From the sequence record OM632671.1: a stretch of 64,000 nucleotides of DNA; one strand, given 5' to 3'. Every line of letters begins with the position of its first letter. Positions within the stretch are counted from its first letter, which is position 1. A program made the position numbers and the translations under genes. The notes beneath the pieces were generated by a model. The model did not search any database and had not been told where the DNA came from. It saw nothing but the letters and a program-made list of their open reading frames with translations. Positions 1 to 15,283 of this stretch are shown here, piece by piece. The DNA comes from Escherichia phage BEU50.

Positions 1-1255
1 CTAGGAATATCTCTTCAAATTTATGTTGCAGCTCACGAATAAATTTACCAAATGACAATTCATCTCGTGTAATAGAAGTACCAGCATCAAACTGTATACC
101 ACCTTGGTCACTTGGAATACGGGTAATAGGAATACGTAAAGCCATATAAAGTGCATTACGGAACCAACGTACATCTTCCATATTTCCAGTATTATCTGCA
201 CCTGGTAATGTGTCAACTTCTGTTACTGCTTTACCATCACGTCGTTGTAACCAATAATCTTCGGTCATCGACATAATATGCTGCTGGTTTTTAATCTTGC
301 CTGTAGTAGCATCATATGCAATACGGTTTTTCATCGTATTCATAACATGTTGCATATGTTCTGCTGCTTTTCTTGAAGGCATATTACCTGTATCAACGTA
401 CCATACACGACGATCGGGAGCACGAGTAATACGATAAATTACGACGGCATCTTCAAGAAGTTTTAATTGGTTCGCTGGCTTAATAGCCCGATGCAAATAA
501 CCGATGATATTTTTACCACAACAATCAACTAAACCAGAATGGGCATAAACAATCGCGGCTTTAGGGATTTTTATTTTTGTGCCAGCTTCATATATGCGAC
601 CATCACAAGCATAAGATTCGTGTGATGTGTCATAAATGAAATATTCTTTATAACCCTTGACTATTTTAACACCGGCTTCAGTGGTTGTAATAACTTCACG
701 GACATATTGAACTTGACGTGGGTCTAAACGACGAAGCTCTTTAATACCTTCTTTAGGGCGTTTAGGGTCAATAATTTTATGGAAGAAAATTCGAGAATCC
801 ACATACCAACGTCTAAAATGATCTGAACCTTTACGTTGGAAAGATAAATGATTTAACACTTCGTTAAATTCATCCAACATCATTGATTTGATATTTGGAC
901 TAAATTTTGTGTTGTCTAAATTTATAGAAACGACTTCTGTATCATCTTCATATACGATAGCATCGGAAACTATTTCAGAGACCGCATTGTCTACTTCATA
1001 GTTCGTCATCAAATTTCGATAAGTATCGATTAATTCACGGGTTGATTTGAGCCCTGGTTCTTGACTACCGAACATTCTCTGAAACATAGCATTATATGTT
1101 TGCTGTGCTTCATTTTCAGATACTTCGTATTCTTTAGCGCCGTCGTCTAATTTTGGCGCGGTGATAGATTCTAAATTTTCTTTTTCTTGGTCTTTGTAAT
1201 CACGTTCGTCCATTTTTGCCCATGGAGCAAACAAACTTAAGATATTAAATTTCAT
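1..1255 (-). CDS. 20: portal vertex protein gp20 (partial; C-terminal part lies beyond window start)
   Basis: Minus-strand frame open from ATG at 1253-1255 to window edge; N-terminus [18 protein letters not shown]... matches recalled T4 gp20; conserved position upstream of 19. Confidence 0.9.
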   Translation of the reverse strand, partial: MKFNILSLFAPWAKMDERDYKDQEKENLESITAPKLDDGAKEYEVSENEAQQTYNAMFQRMFGSQEPGLKSTRELIDTYRNLMTNYEVDNAVSEIVSDAIVYEDDTEVVSINLDNTKFSPNIKSMMLDEFNEVLNHLSFQRKGSDHFRRWYVDSRIFFHKIIDPKRPKEGIKELRRLDPRQVQYVREVITTTEAGVKIVKGYKEYFIYDTSHESYACDGRIYEAGTKIKIPKAAIVYAHSGLVDCCGKNIIGYLHRAIKPANQLKLLEDAVVIYRITRAPDRRVWYVDTGNMPSRKAAEHMQHVMNTMKNRIAYDATTGKIKNQQHIMSMTEDYWLQRRDGKAVTEVDTLPGADNTGNMEDVRWFRNALYMALRIPITRIPSDQGGIQFDAGTSITRDELSFGKFIRELQHKFEEIFL

Positions 1256-1283
1256 TGTATTCTCCGAATGGGAATTATAGTTA

Positions 1284-1291
1284 TATTTATA
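1284..1291 (-). promoter_or_regulatory. T4-type late promoter (TATAAATA) upstream of gene 20
   Basis: Plus-strand tatttata = TATAAATA on minus strand, about 30 nt upstream of gene 20 start. Confidence 0.6.
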
Positions 1292-1339
1292 TGGACTTCT
1301 CCGTCATCACGGGAAGCTGGGGATTTCTCCCCAACCAGA

Positions 1340-1831
1340 TTATTCCCACCAATCAAGAGCAAGAGTTACTTCGAACGTTTCAATCTCGTTATTCGAATCC
1401 CAATCAAGAGATACTTCACCAACGTTAGTAGGCCACAAGCCGACAATTTCAACTTCTTTAGTGACCGTTTTAGCATCACGAGCAAATTGACGAACGATAG
1501 CAGACTTTTTATATTCAGCAGGTTTACCACCGGTAATTTCATTACCTTGTCCTGCTGCAATACCTTGCCAATCAACAAATTTCTGACGAATGCTATGAGC
1601 ATCATCGTTCATTACTGTAATAGTCCAATCATCGAATGTACGATCACCGGCCACGTTAATTTTACGGTTCATATAAGAAACAGGAACCTTTTCAACAATC
1701 GCAGCAGGAAGAGCCGTAGCACGACACTGGAAGCTAAAGTTTTGCCCAAGATAAGAGATTTCTACTTCGAACAGGTTAGGGCGAGCGAAATCACCTGATT
1801 CGAAGGCACGAGTTACGTCATCTACAAACAT
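1340..1831 (-). CDS. 19: tail tube protein gp19
   Basis: 163 aa, same length as T4 gp19; synteny 20-19-18. Confidence 0.93.
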   Translation of the reverse strand: MFVDDVTRAFESGDFARPNLFEVEISYLGQNFSFQCRATALPAAIVEKVPVSYMNRKINVAGDRTFDDWTITVMNDDAHSIRQKFVDWQGIAAGQGNEITGGKPAEYKKSAIVRQFARDAKTVTKEVEIVGLWPTNVGEVSLDWDSNNEIETFEVTLALDWWE

Positions 1832-1903
1832 ATTAGCCTCTGTAGTAATATGGGCTTAGGATTAACCGGATGCCCATAGAATTAATTTTTAAACGATATA
1901 GTA

Positions 1904-1911
1904 TATTTATA
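1904..1911 (-). promoter_or_regulatory. T4-type late promoter (TATAAATA) upstream of gene 19, preceded on the transcript by a hairpin after gene 18
   Basis: tatttata on plus strand; adjacent inverted repeat atgggcta...tagcccat at 1912-1933. Confidence 0.55.
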
Positions 1912-1943
1912 TGGGCTACCGAAATAGCCCATCAGGCGTCTTA

Positions 1944-3926
1944 TTAGGCACCTACAGCACCAATTAGTTCGTCGAAATCGGCACCCGTTGCTGTTGCTAC
2001 AAAGTTCAACGTAATATAATTTATCGATCTCGCAGGTTGTAAGTAGAAAGTAGCTACAAATTCATTACGGTCGATAACTGCTGGGGTGTTATTGGTAGTA
2101 TCACAAACAACTTTAAAGTTATATACACCACCGAGAGCTTTAATACCCTGTAGATATTGAGAAGTCTCTGTACGGAAAGAAGAACGGGTAAATGCGTTGT
2201 TCAATTCAAACAGGCGATATTTAGATGCTGAACCAATGTTCGTTTTAACCATATTGAACAAACGACGAACGTTAATACGGTCAAATGGCGAAGGAACGGA
2301 AGTGGCAGTTTTATCACCGTACAGAACATACCCATCACCACCGGTACCAGTAACAGGGTTAATAGCTTCCTGGTACAAACGATCACGCTGCGCTTGGCGA
2401 GTTTCAATTGCAAGCTTAATAACGTTAAGAATTTGTCCACGGTTATAACCGGCAGGAGACATCCAAGGCTGAGAAATATTGTCTGTGCGAGCACAAAGAC
2501 CAGCAATATCAGCAGCTAATGGAACCCAACGATTCACATCATTATATTTGTCATATTGATATTTATAGTTACCGTCAATAGCAGCATAAGTAGAACTTAC
2601 ATTAAAGTTATTATCAGTGTAAGTTCCTGACGCAGTACGCCAATCAACCAGATTATCAACTGCACGATTAACAGGAATACCGACTATAGTTGCACGTGGT
2701 GGTGAGCAAAGAACCAAACAATCTTGGCGAGAATCACCAATTGCTACAACATGTTTCTGAACTGTAGAAGCAACTTCTAAAGATTCACCTGCACAAGAAC
2801 CAGCAATAAACAACTGCGCATTAACAGATTCACGGTCAGCAAACAAATCCCAAGCTTCCATTAAATCACCAGCGTCAACAGTTTCATTAGATGATAAGCC
2901 ACCACCCAGTTTGATTACGCCAGAGAAACCTTTTGGCCAACCTTGTGCAGTAGCGAAAATATAATTGCTTGCGCCTTTAGCAAAGAAATCATCAATAAAG
3001 ATATTACTACCATAAATATCGCGTTCACCACGTTTAGTAGAAAGAACTACGCTCTGAACTACAGCATCGTTACGACGAACGATAATTGCATATTGGTCAT
3101 CAGTTTGTGGGCCATACCCAAAGATTGCTTTAGCAGTAGATGCACGAGTACCACCATCAGGATAAATTTTTAACTGGGCTGAAGCACCTTTGTCATAGTC
3201 TGCTTTAGATACGATTTCAATTTCGAGCTGGTCGCCAAGTTCACCAGGATAAAGAGCAACTACGCCTGGGACACCATATTTTTTAATAGATTCTTGGAAA
3301 GTTAGAGAAGTAATAGCTTCTTCAGAAGTTTCAACTTCAGTTAACAGAATACCCGAATCGGTTACGATAGAACCAATTGTAATAACGCCAGAGAGACCAG
3401 AAGAAGAACTGGCAACTTCGGCGGTCCAGTTAGAACCCAATGCCGGATATTCATTAATTTCTTTTGCACGAGCAATAATTTTACCGGTTGGGATATAAAT
3501 GTTACGAATTTTACCATCGACATCAACTGAAGTGACATAACCATCTGCTTCAACAGTTTCGGTCAAATACTTAACGATAATTTTATCACCAACTGCATAG
3601 TTACTACCAGCAGCAGAGATTGTGAATTCAATATTGCCTGCTACAGGAGATGAGTTCTTAGCAGCATCACGATCAACTGCGCGTACAACACGAAGGTCAT
3701 TACCATATTGAAGGAAGTTCATAGCAGACATGAAATAATCTGCTGTATCCGTATTAGGAGCACCAAACATATCAACCAATGCAACTTCATCAGTGATTTG
3801 TTTAATCTGGAATGCAGGTCCCCATTGGAATTTTCCAGCCAGGGCAGCAGTACCAGTGGAGTTATTAACTACAGTACTCTGTACGGTAGTTTCTTTGAGC
3901 TCAACGCCCGGAGAGAGAAGTGCCAT
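1944..3926 (-). CDS. 18: tail sheath protein gp18
   Basis: 660 aa; N-terminus MALLSPGVELKETTVQSTVVNNSTGTAALAGKFQWGPAFQ near-identical to recalled T4 gp18. Confidence 0.97.
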   Translation of the reverse strand: MALLSPGVELKETTVQSTVVNNSTGTAALAGKFQWGPAFQIKQITDEVALVDMFGAPNTDTADYFMSAMNFLQYGNDLRVVRAVDRDAAKNSSPVAGNIEFTISAAGSNYAVGDKIIVKYLTETVEADGYVTSVDVDGKIRNIYIPTGKIIARAKEINEYPALGSNWTAEVASSSSGLSGVITIGSIVTDSGILLTEVETSEEAITSLTFQESIKKYGVPGVVALYPGELGDQLEIEIVSKADYDKGASAQLKIYPDGGTRASTAKAIFGYGPQTDDQYAIIVRRNDAVVQSVVLSTKRGERDIYGSNIFIDDFFAKGASNYIFATAQGWPKGFSGVIKLGGGLSSNETVDAGDLMEAWDLFADRESVNAQLFIAGSCAGESLEVASTVQKHVVAIGDSRQDCLVLCSPPRATIVGIPVNRAVDNLVDWRTASGTYTDNNFNVSSTYAAIDGNYKYQYDKYNDVNRWVPLAADIAGLCARTDNISQPWMSPAGYNRGQILNVIKLAIETRQAQRDRLYQEAINPVTGTGGDGYVLYGDKTATSVPSPFDRINVRRLFNMVKTNIGSASKYRLFELNNAFTRSSFRTETSQYLQGIKALGGVYNFKVVCDTTNNTPAVIDRNEFVATFYLQPARSINYITLNFVATATGADFDELIGAVGA

Positions 3927-3953
3927 TTTAATTCCTCTTAATTTGCTTTATTT

Positions 3954-6279
<2,326 letters not shown>

Positions 6280-7101
6280 TTATTGTTTTCTAGGACCAGG
6301 AGGGGTTGGTGGAGTCGGGATTGGAATATCATGAGTATAAGTTTGTTCAACTTCACCATTCCAATCTTGTGCTTCAACGTCTCTCGGTTTAATTTCTGTA
6401 TCAACTGATTCAAAAACGCTGGCGGCTGTTTGAAGGTCTCGTTCATTAGCATGAAAATCAAGATAAGTCGTTTTAATAAGGCCTTCAGCTGCGCCTACCG
6501 GAGGATACATCCATCCATTTACTTCAAATGTTAATGACCACTCTAAACGTCGACGGGATAAATTATCACCGTCTATTTGTTCATCCATTGCTGCTGCCAT
6601 CCATACGACTTTAATATCCCTTTCAAATGGAATATCCTGCCCATATTGTTCAATCATAGTCGTATTAAAATGCGGCTGAAAATATGGAATAATTTGCTCA
6701 ACGATTTGGAACATATCATCTTCATAACGAGTAAAGATGCTCAGTTCAAAAATCATTTTAATTGGTGATGGGTTGTATTGGTCTACAATATCCTTAGTCG
6801 ATTTACTCAAAAGAGAGTTATTCAATATATTCGTTTTAAACGTTGGGTTATAAACGAAATCCACCATTTGGAGATTTATACGTGGTAGAATAGTTTCGAC
6901 TTTAGCCACATCTTCTTGTGAGTTTATAGAGGTCCATTTATTAAGTTTCATCATAAAGTGCTCTTTAGATGCATACGTAATAGGAACTCTAATTAATTTA
7001 TTGCCTGTAGACAATTGACGGTTAACTTGGATATTTGAAAACAAATCGCCCATCATTGTGATATATCGCCTGAACGACGAGTTGTAAAAATAGCCAAACA
7101 T
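6280..7101 (-). CDS. 15: tail sheath stabilizer / tail terminator gp15
   Basis: MFGYFYNSSFRRY... matches recalled T4 gp15 N-terminus; start taken at second Met of the track ORF. Confidence 0.92.
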   Translation of the reverse strand: MFGYFYNSSFRRYITMMGDLFSNIQVNRQLSTGNKLIRVPITYASKEHFMMKLNKWTSINSQEDVAKVETILPRINLQMVDFVYNPTFKTNILNNSLLSKSTKDIVDQYNPSPIKMIFELSIFTRYEDDMFQIVEQIIPYFQPHFNTTMIEQYGQDIPFERDIKVVWMAAAMDEQIDGDNLSRRRLEWSLTFEVNGWMYPPVGAAEGLIKTTYLDFHANERDLQTAASVFESVDTEIKPRDVEAQDWNGEVEQTYTHDIPIPTPPTPPGPRKQ

Positions 7102-7153
7102 CATTTCTCCTAACCGGCCTTTCGACCGGTGTTTGCTTTATCTTATCTATTTA

Positions 7154-7918
7154 TTAATTCATAAACCCATCGTCAAATGGTGAATTTTGTCTACCACGGT
7201 TGTTAACTACTACGTACGGTTCAACGTATTCACTTGCCTCTGAATTGATTTGCTCAACTTCAGAATATTCATCGATATTAATGTCATGGATACCGTCAAG
7301 ATTTCTAACAGGGTTAAGTTCCAAGTCACTAAATTCAGGTATATTGATACCTTCATTTTTCTGAAGCACCGGATTGATTTCTTCGCCAGAGTAAATAAAC
7401 TTGCCTGCAGTAATTTTACGAATCGCATTTTTACCTACTTGATAGAATGGGTCATATGGTTCAACCCAGTTAATCTCAAACAAACTGTTATCCATTGGGA
7501 AGTATATTAAATCACCTTCCTTGGGCTCCTGATTGTTGACCTGGTGTTTGAAAAGACCCGGGTTAATAGATAATGTAACTTCGTCTTGAACTTGCATTCC
7601 GAAGTTGCTGAAGAACGATTTCGCTCCTTCATAACCTTCAAAAGAGTTCAGATATGCAGCAAATTTCCATGCTTTAGTAAATTTATTTTTAAGGTCCTCA
7701 CCAAAGATAAGGTCCACGGCAACATATTCACGTGGAACATAAAAACATTCAATACCGCGCATCTGTATGCTTTCTGCTACTAACACATCAGCTAGGGTTT
7801 GACTATTTTCGTATTTGTTGAAGTTCACGTATTTGTTTAAAATCTCGGTTTCATTAGTTTTAGAATAGCCACCACGATTTTCTAGTTTGGCGAAAAGATT
7901 TTTATCATAAGTTGCCAT
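7154..7918 (-). CDS. 14: neck protein gp14
   Basis: 254 aa; synteny 13-14-15; T4 gp14-like. Confidence 0.9.
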   Translation of the reverse strand: MATYDKNLFAKLENRGGYSKTNETEILNKYVNFNKYENSQTLADVLVAESIQMRGIECFYVPREYVAVDLIFGEDLKNKFTKAWKFAAYLNSFEGYEGAKSFFSNFGMQVQDEVTLSINPGLFKHQVNNQEPKEGDLIYFPMDNSLFEINWVEPYDPFYQVGKNAIRKITAGKFIYSGEEINPVLQKNEGINIPEFSDLELNPVRNLDGIHDINIDEYSEVEQINSEASEYVEPYVVVNNRGRQNSPFDDGFMN

Positions 7919-7919
7919 A

Positions 7920-8846
7920 TTAACCTACCAAAATACCTGCAGGAGGGTCCAGTAAATATAACTCTTCTCGTAAAGCTTCTTTCTCTAAACGAGCTTCTTC
8001 AATTAATCGAACACCATCAACAGTGACGCCGCCTGGTAACATCATACCTTGATGTTTAGCAAGAATTTGTCCATTAAGCTCTTTAGCTAATGCAGTTGCA
8101 TAATCTTTAACCCAGCGGTTGTTATATGCGCCTTGTTTGGTTGCAGGATCTTCACCAACTCGGCGTCCGACCAAATTATGGTCTGGATTATCATAACGTT
8201 CAGAAATAGTCCATGAATCACGAGGACCAACCTGACCGTACCCTACTGTATTTCCTACCATCTTATGGGTCTCGATATAAGAGCGAACATACGATTCAAC
8301 GATAATGACATCTTTCTGTCTAAAGTTACCCATTACTTTTAATTGCTCGTTTGCAGAGTTAAACCAAAAATCTGGAAGAGGAGCAATCATATCTTGAAGC
8401 ATACCCATATAAGATACTAATTGAGAATAATACCCAAGATCAGCGCCAAAAGCGTTCGGGCCGTAGAATTTACCGCAATTACTACCCATACCACCTGAAA
8501 CACCTGCCATTCCTAAAAGGAAATCAGTGAACCATGGATAAGTTGCATTACCATCCATTGAAGTAATAGAGCCAACGTTTGTTCTTATAATTCTTGTTAC
8601 AGCAAATACGTTAGAACCACGCATATCAAATACGCCGTGACGGTATTTTTCTTCGTCATCAACAAAAAATACATGGAACCCTTTATTCAACCCGTCAAAA
8701 TGGTATTCGCCATAAAGTTCTAACGCTCGTGAAATACAATCATAAATTTGGTCTGTAGTTAATTCAACATTTACAATAGGAGCGCCTAAACGACGTAATA
8801 TTACGTCCTTTAATTCTTTAGGGTTTTGTGCATTATAACCTGACAT
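7920..8846 (-). CDS. 13: neck protein gp13
   Basis: 308 aa; synteny between wac and 14; T4 gp13-like. Confidence 0.9.
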   Translation of the reverse strand: MSGYNAQNPKELKDVILRRLGAPIVNVELTTDQIYDCISRALELYGEYHFDGLNKGFHVFFVDDEEKYRHGVFDMRGSNVFAVTRIIRTNVGSITSMDGNATYPWFTDFLLGMAGVSGGMGSNCGKFYGPNAFGADLGYYSQLVSYMGMLQDMIAPLPDFWFNSANEQLKVMGNFRQKDVIIVESYVRSYIETHKMVGNTVGYGQVGPRDSWTISERYDNPDHNLVGRRVGEDPATKQGAYNNRWVKDYATALAKELNGQILAKHQGMMLPGGVTVDGVRLIEEARLEKEALREELYLLDPPAGILVG

Positions 8847-8878
8847 ATAAATCCTTTAGGGCCCGAAGGCCCTTTTCA

Positions 8879-10327
8879 TTAAGCTGTAGGAAGTTCAACC
8901 CATGCGCCATCTTTGCGAACATAGAATTTACCGTCTGAAGGAGCATCTTCAATATATCCAGCGTCCTTAAGAGTTTGGATTTCAGCTTCTGCAGCGGCCA
9001 AATCAGTTTCAAGAGTAGCAATTCTAGAAGTTAAACCATTAATTGTCGTATCATGACTTTTAACTGTAGGCAATATACCGCGTTCTTCAACAGTTGAACC
9101 ATTTGGGTTGGTGCCATTTATAAGAGTATTTAATGTGTTTACAGAACCCTTAATTCCTGTGGAATTAGTCCCAACATCAGTTTGAATGTTCTGAATGTCA
9201 TTACTCAGCCCACCGATAGTTCCTTCAAGCTCTCGAGTACGATAAAGCAAAGAGCCGTCTGGTTCCGGTTTCCCACCTGAAGCGTCAACACCAACTACGT
9301 TATTTAACCATGACACATTAAAACGCAATCCTGACGAAGAATCAGAGCCGACAACAGTGTTCAATGCTCCGATAGCATCAGTATTGAGTTTAATACGTCC
9401 TTGGATTGTAGTAGGCAAATCATCAGCGCCAATGGCAGTTTCTACTGTAGTCAAACGAGGTTTAATACCACCGGATTGATTGAGCTCAAGATTAATGTCG
9501 TTTATTGCTGAACTATTCGCATTAGTTGTAGTAATAATAGAAGTCGTATTAGGATACCCAATAGACTGTTTAATGCCATCCAAGTCAGCATTTTGACGCG
9601 ACAAAGTTAAATCAATACTGGAAAGACGACTAAACACTGGAGTAGTGAAAGAAGTACGAGGCCCCATTTCTTCGCGCAAGTGTTCGACTTCAATAGTTAA
9701 AGAGCCGACGTCAGAATCAGCAAATTTAGTTTCTAAATCGGTTAATCGAACACCGTGGTCAACAATTACGGAGCTATTAGTCATAATACGGCGTTTCATA
9801 CCAGTGCTATCATTTCCTGGAGTAGGAACCCCATTAATATCTTGACCAGTATATTGTCCTAATTCATTTTTAATCCAAAGCAGGTCATTACGAACCGTTC
9901 TATAAACTGAATCCGTTTCCTGATTATAAACACCAATATCATCAGTATTCGCATCAATATGTTCATTCAAATCATTCAATTCACTGGCATGGGTTTGAAC
10001 TGTGACTTTAATGACATCGATATCTTGGGTGTTCTGACCTATCTGTGAAAGAGCATCAACATCCCCAGAAACATCTAAAATACCTTGAATAACTTTGATA
10101 TCTTCATTGGCCGTATTCAAAGAAGATGCTATAGTTTTAATATTAACATCTAACGCTTCTACGTTACGTTGAACTTCAACAATAGGACGGTTCATTACAC
10201 CTTCAGAACCGTATTTTGTGTCAGCACCTGTTATTTCTTCATCGTTTTTAATCCATTCAATACGACTCTGACCCGCGTCTGGCGGGCCGTCAACATATGG
10301 TAAATCTACCAGAGTTATATCAGCCAT
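8879..10327 (-). CDS. wac: fibritin (whisker protein) with C-terminal foldon
   Basis: 482 aa; C-terminus GYIEDAPSDGKFYVRKDGAWVELPTA resembles the T4 foldon; position between 12 and 13. Confidence 0.9.
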   Translation of the reverse strand: MADITLVDLPYVDGPPDAGQSRIEWIKNDEEITGADTKYGSEGVMNRPIVEVQRNVEALDVNIKTIASSLNTANEDIKVIQGILDVSGDVDALSQIGQNTQDIDVIKVTVQTHASELNDLNEHIDANTDDIGVYNQETDSVYRTVRNDLLWIKNELGQYTGQDINGVPTPGNDSTGMKRRIMTNSSVIVDHGVRLTDLETKFADSDVGSLTIEVEHLREEMGPRTSFTTPVFSRLSSIDLTLSRQNADLDGIKQSIGYPNTTSIITTTNANSSAINDINLELNQSGGIKPRLTTVETAIGADDLPTTIQGRIKLNTDAIGALNTVVGSDSSSGLRFNVSWLNNVVGVDASGGKPEPDGSLLYRTRELEGTIGGLSNDIQNIQTDVGTNSTGIKGSVNTLNTLINGTNPNGSTVEERGILPTVKSHDTTINGLTSRIATLETDLAAAEAEIQTLKDAGYIEDAPSDGKFYVRKDGAWVELPTA

Positions 10328-11910
10328 TATTTTACCTTAATGATATAGTTTAAAGAAATATTCCATGGACGTGTTTCATTTCCAATTAATTCAGGACGAT
10401 TCATGGTATATTTAGAGTTACGCTGAGACGCTGGATCAATTTCATATCCTTCGTTAGTAAAATATGAACGGTTATCCCAGTCAAGTCCTTTACGAGTACC
10501 AACAAAGTTTGAACGACGAGTATTACCAAATGCACCGGAATCGTCATGTTCGCCAAAACCGCCAGCATGCTTATGATATGACATCTGTTGTTTTTGCACT
10601 TCACCGACATATCCACCAGTACAACCTACACCTAATCTAGGCTTACCAAACTGGTCATTACCATTAACATTAGGGTTAGTTAAATGGTTACCACGACCTG
10701 AGCCGCGAACAAATAATCCACGCATATCAGGCAAGCCTGGGTTAGAAGAACTACCACCATATCGTGTCCCAATTCTGGAAGCATATACCGGACATTCTGA
10801 AGCAGAAACGGTCCCACCGTGACAGAAGCGCCAGTCAGAACTCGGTAAACTATCTGCAGCCCACATTGTAATAGCGCCAACTGGAAGAATTCGGTCTAAT
10901 TCATTTTGAGTCACAATACGATTGCCTTGAATATAACCACCAGTCATATTGACATTACCAGTTATATTAGCTCCACCAGAACCAACCGTCAACGTATTAT
11001 TAATGCGAAGCGTGCCATTAATAGTTTGTCCGCCTCGTTGGTGGATAACATCAGCATTCCAAGCAAGGGCAGAAGAACCATCACCGCCTGATTGGCTACC
11101 CGCTTGTGTAGTTAAACGAACAACTCCACGTAAAGAAGTTGTAGCCCCACGCCCGTTTAATGTTGCGCCGGTCACTACAACTGAAGAGTTGTTACTATTT
11201 ACTTCAGTCTGTGTCCCTAGTTTAACGACACCTTTATTAGTTTCTGATGCTACTGAATTCATAAAGGTATAAGGTGAAATTGCATAGCCTTCACGCAGGG
11301 TGCCTTGTTGTGCTTGAGCAACTGTAGCCAAACGAACAACACCGGTAATAGATTCGCTGGCGTCACTATTATTTGGAGCAATTTGTGAAATAAGTTTAAT
11401 TGCTAATTGTTGTGTTTTTAACGGGGTCATTGCCGTTGTATCGTCAGAACCAGCTAATGCCGCAGCAGAAGTTGAAATTTTAATTACACCATTTGTTGCT
11501 TCTGTTGATACTTTTGTCTGGAATACATTGTCTATTTTTTGATTCAATTTAAGCGGAGTAATTGATGCATCGTCAATAGCTCCGGCTACTGCTTCATCTT
11601 CAGTAGCATAACGAGTTAAACCATATTGAGTTTCGGTTGCATTAGGATATTGTAGACGAGCATTCAGTGATGCCGGAGTAACAGCTTTACTATTATCTAA
11701 TCCATCAATAACTTCTTGTGGAGTGGCTATTTGAATAATTCCAGGTGTAGTAGTTGTTGCTTCCGGGACGCCGTTAACACCTGAAGGAGAAATAGCAGCT
11801 AATGCGGCTTGGACATTAGTGACTGTATCTGGAAAATTCGACCCAGTAGGGTCGAATTCAACGTAAATAGATTCATTTGAAACGTGTTGGTATGTATTGT
11901 TATTACTCAT
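10327..11910 (-). CDS. 12: short tail fiber gp12
   Basis: 527 aa; [23 protein letters not shown]... and C-terminal receptor-binding region match recalled T4 gp12. Confidence 0.95.
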   Translation of the reverse strand: MSNNNTYQHVSNESIYVEFDPTGSNFPDTVTNVQAALAAISPSGVNGVPEATTTTPGIIQIATPQEVIDGLDNSKAVTPASLNARLQYPNATETQYGLTRYATEDEAVAGAIDDASITPLKLNQKIDNVFQTKVSTEATNGVIKISTSAAALAGSDDTTAMTPLKTQQLAIKLISQIAPNNSDASESITGVVRLATVAQAQQGTLREGYAISPYTFMNSVASETNKGVVKLGTQTEVNSNNSSVVVTGATLNGRGATTSLRGVVRLTTQAGSQSGGDGSSALAWNADVIHQRGGQTINGTLRINNTLTVGSGGANITGNVNMTGGYIQGNRIVTQNELDRILPVGAITMWAADSLPSSDWRFCHGGTVSASECPVYASRIGTRYGGSSSNPGLPDMRGLFVRGSGRGNHLTNPNVNGNDQFGKPRLGVGCTGGYVGEVQKQQMSYHKHAGGFGEHDDSGAFGNTRRSNFVGTRKGLDWDNRSYFTNEGYEIDPASQRNSKYTMNRPELIGNETRPWNISLNYIIKVK

Positions 11911-12566
11911 GAGGCTCTCACAAAGTGGTAGAAAACGGTAGGAGTATCATGGTTATCAAGAGTAACCGTTTGGGCACCTAATAAATTCCATGTTCCGTAT
12001 CCGGATTTTGCTTCAGACAAAATTTCTTGCGAAATTGTTACACCAAACGAAGCATATGTTGGCAACACATGACGTTGGTTATCTAAATATGTCACCTGAA
12101 GTTTATTACCTTCGGATGGATGGTCTTTATAAGAAGAAATAGCGATTTGATTAGCAATGGCTTCTTGTAAAGCTATACGAACTTGTGCCGTTAATTCGTT
12201 ATCAGTCATACCGATTGTTGCTTTAACAGCAAGTCCAAATACGTTAATAACGACTGGCGTTCCAGTGGTCAAAGTATCGTCGAGAACATCACCAGAAAAA
12301 GTCCAATAATCAACTTGTGCTGTACCTTCAGGCGATACGCCTGAAGTGTTTGTGACAACAGTACCAATATCAGCTCGTGCCATATTATGGACATCATTTA
12401 TTGCAGATTCTACGTTAGCATCATAAAAACCGCGAGCTAACTGAGAAATAGTCACGGAACCTACAGCTTGGTTGTTTAAAACATCAATTTGAGCTGGATT
12501 TTTTCTGTAATTCAAAAAATCAGCATGACGGGAAATAACTCCCGCCTTTGTATTAAGTACAGTCAT
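11907..12566 (-). CDS. 11: baseplate wedge / short tail fiber attachment protein gp11
   Basis: Start set at [13 protein letters not shown] (T4 gp11-like N-terminus), overlapping gp10 stop. Confidence 0.88.
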   Translation of the reverse strand: MTVLNTKAGVISRHADFLNYRKNPAQIDVLNNQAVGSVTISQLARGFYDANVESAINDVHNMARADIGTVVTNTSGVSPEGTAQVDYWTFSGDVLDDTLTTGTPVVINVFGLAVKATIGMTDNELTAQVRIALQEAIANQIAISSYKDHPSEGNKLQVTYLDNQRHVLPTYASFGVTISQEILSEAKSGYGTWNLLGAQTVTLDNHDTPTVFYHFVRAS

Positions 12567-14371
12567 TATGCAATCCTTACCCAACGGTATACAGTTATAG
12601 ATGGCTGAATATTAGTTATAGAACGCGCTGGAACATGAGATCCATTAGTCTTTGCATGGTCTTCACGATATTTAGTGTAAATAGGACCTTCTTCATCCGG
12701 GTCATATTGGCAACCGCCTATAATTACTGTACCATTATCATCAGAAATAAGAACCTTTTCATCGGTTTGTGTAGCTGGTAAATCAGCATTTTCTAATGTG
12801 ATGGTTGTTACACCAACGGTACCACCTGCGGTATGAGTAGGGTTACCATTGACGTCAAGGTCATTATTATTTAATGCAAAATTAGGATCGGATGCGTCGT
12901 CATTCCAACCTGCTAATACTTTGCCTTGTCCCCAAATTTTCCACAAACCAAAACCTAAATAAGTTGCCGGATTATTAGGGTTAACCGCATTTTCGTAAAT
13001 AGTCCCGACAGGATAAATTGTATCAAATATTGCTGAGATAGTCGAGAATTCACGTTCATACTTAGGAACAGGTTCTACATTAGGCCATCCAATTTTATCG
13101 AAATCGGTTAATGCAACGTCACCAGTAATTTCAATGTTAGACCCTTGAGAAACATATTTCTCATCAGCGACATCAAGGATTTCTTCCATTTCAAGAAGAG
13201 TTCCTAAATCGTTATTAAACCATGTGATGGTAATAATGTCTTGGTCTTCAAATTGACGGTCAAACAGAATTGCGCTAGGGATATTATCAGTATATTCAAT
13301 CGCATAATCTGTATACGATTGAGTCCATGTCCCACCGAGATTAGCGCATGACTCTTCAGAATCAGCATCCACACCTTCACAACGGAAAATAGGAGTTCCA
13401 ACAGTACCAGCTAATTCTTGGAGAATACCATTGAAGCGAACTTCTAACGAATTAGGGTTAGGTGGTTCCGTAGGATTAATACCAAATGCTGTAAATGGAA
13501 TAGACCGGAACGTACTCAAATCAGTGACGTAAATACTTCCGTCAATAGACTTTTTAGCAGTCAATTTACTATCTAAAATGCGAACTTGGCGACGAGTATA
13601 TGAACTACGCCACTGAGAAACACCATCTAGGAATGTCTCAATTTGTACAGTGTCCCCAACATTACACGGTTGGCGTAATCTAATATTAAATCCATCGAGT
13701 GCAACCAGTTCACCAGGATTAGCGCCTGGAGAACCAAAATCACTATTATCACTGAATACATCACCATAGTACAATTCGTTGCCACGATGTTTTACGCGAA
13801 TGTTGTTAACATTATAAGAGGTCCCGTTAAAAACATCCATGAAATCGGTCTGACCTTGGGTTTCAACCAGATATTCTCTACGAGCAACGTTACTAATGTC
13901 AGAGCTAACTATTTTGTCAATTTGTTTGTTCTTGATGTATTCCCAACGTCCAGGAGCACAATAAACTAATTCTAAATCAGAGAACTGAACGTTAATTTCC
14001 ACCGGAGATGAAGAACCTTTAATCGTGTCTCCGTTTGCCGGAATTAAAGTAACAGGGTTAATGTTCCAAGTTGCAAATACGTCACGGGCACGAATAACTT
14101 TATTATAGTCTGCAATTGTCCCTTTAGGAAGATTTACCGAAACTCGTCCAGAAGTAGTATTAATTGCATAAGATTTACCCCAAGCAGCCTTAAGATTAAG
14201 ACCATCAGCCGCATCATAAGTCTTCCATGCGCCAGCGGCATAAGGAACTTCACCGTCACCTAATTCATAATAGATTTCGTCAAAGTTCTCATTTATTTTT
14301 TCACCACCTCGACGAAGGTAATCGCCTTGTCCGTCATCAACGACGTTACCAATTTTAATATTTTGTTTCAT
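12566..14371 (-). CDS. 10: baseplate wedge protein gp10
   Basis: 601 aa; synteny 9-10-11. Confidence 0.93.
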   Translation of the reverse strand: MKQNIKIGNVVDDGQGDYLRRGGEKINENFDEIYYELGDGEVPYAAGAWKTYDAADGLNLKAAWGKSYAINTTSGRVSVNLPKGTIADYNKVIRARDVFATWNINPVTLIPANGDTIKGSSSPVEINVQFSDLELVYCAPGRWEYIKNKQIDKIVSSDISNVARREYLVETQGQTDFMDVFNGTSYNVNNIRVKHRGNELYYGDVFSDNSDFGSPGANPGELVALDGFNIRLRQPCNVGDTVQIETFLDGVSQWRSSYTRRQVRILDSKLTAKKSIDGSIYVTDLSTFRSIPFTAFGINPTEPPNPNSLEVRFNGILQELAGTVGTPIFRCEGVDADSEESCANLGGTWTQSYTDYAIEYTDNIPSAILFDRQFEDQDIITITWFNNDLGTLLEMEEILDVADEKYVSQGSNIEITGDVALTDFDKIGWPNVEPVPKYEREFSTISAIFDTIYPVGTIYENAVNPNNPATYLGFGLWKIWGQGKVLAGWNDDASDPNFALNNNDLDVNGNPTHTAGGTVGVTTITLENADLPATQTDEKVLISDDNGTVIIGGCQYDPDEEGPIYTKYREDHAKTNGSHVPARSITNIQPSITVYRWVRIA

Positions 14372-15243
14372 TATTGAGCGACCCCAATTTTCTGAGTTGA
14401 GATAATTTTAACTGCTGAACGTAATCCAATAATATCGGATGTAATCGTCATAGTAGCAAAGTTGTTAATAATACTAAAGCTAATATTAGCAATCTCGTCG
14501 GTTTCATCTACATTACCAACTCGCATTACTGCAAATTCGGTAGAAAGAACTTCTGAGTTAATTGTATCTATTAGAATATTTATTTCACATGTTTTTATTT
14601 TTCTACCGTCTGCGGATTGGCATGTAACAAGCAATTTAGCCATGTTATAATCTGTGCGATAAAACAGAGGAATAGAAACTGAGTTTCCTGTAAGACTCCA
14701 AGTCCCATCGACAGGAGATTCTTTCTGCCCAAACATGCTATCGGTAGAATAATTCCATACTGAAGTTGGCCCATTAATTTCAACACAGCGAAGAACAACA
14801 TGGGTATAAGGGGTTGAAATAACAAGATTATTAAGAACACCTTTAATCGAACCGTCGGTTACTTGGATACTTAAAGGATTGTTAACAGAAATAGACCCAT
14901 TAGAGTTTATGAATTCTACAGAGTCACCTAATTCAGGACGGTCAATAATAACAATCACACCACCATCAGAAGCATCAATATCATGCATAGTGCCTGGTTT
15001 AATAGGAGTTTGATAATCGACCGCCTTTCCTTTTTGATAATAACCTGTGGCATGAATAGTTTGACCTGTAGGTCCGGTTCCATCTGCTACGGCCATTTTA
15101 CGTTGATCGCCAAATGCATTGTAAATAGCGTTGATATCGTCATTTATTTTATTACCACCGTCGAATAAGATATCACCTGTTGAGGCATTACCAATTTCGC
15201 CGGTATCGATTAATTGTTTAGGAGTTTGCTTAAAAAATGCCAT
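14371..15243 (-). CDS. 9: baseplate wedge / long tail fiber socket protein gp9
   Basis: 290 aa; synteny 8-9-10. Confidence 0.92.
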   Translation of the reverse strand: MAFFKQTPKQLIDTGEIGNASTGDILFDGGNKINDDINAIYNAFGDQRKMAVADGTGPTGQTIHATGYYQKGKAVDYQTPIKPGTMHDIDASDGGVIVIIDRPELGDSVEFINSNGSISVNNPLSIQVTDGSIKGVLNNLVISTPYTHVVLRCVEINGPTSVWNYSTDSMFGQKESPVDGTWSLTGNSVSIPLFYRTDYNMAKLLVTCQSADGRKIKTCEINILIDTINSEVLSTEFAVMRVGNVDETDEIANISFSIINNFATMTITSDIIGLRSAVKIISTQKIGVAQ

Positions 15244-15275
15244 AATTCTGCCTTTTGTTGTCCGATATTATATTC

Positions 15276-15283
15276 TATTTATA
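15276..15283 (-). promoter_or_regulatory. T4-type late promoter (TATAAATA) upstream of gene 9
   Basis: tatttata on plus strand between gene 8 terminator hairpin and gene 9 start. Confidence 0.6.

Noticed and set aside
1268-1798. 176-aa plus-strand ORF
   Set aside because: Lies antisense to and entirely within the well-supported gp19 tail tube gene; no RBS; low-complexity translation
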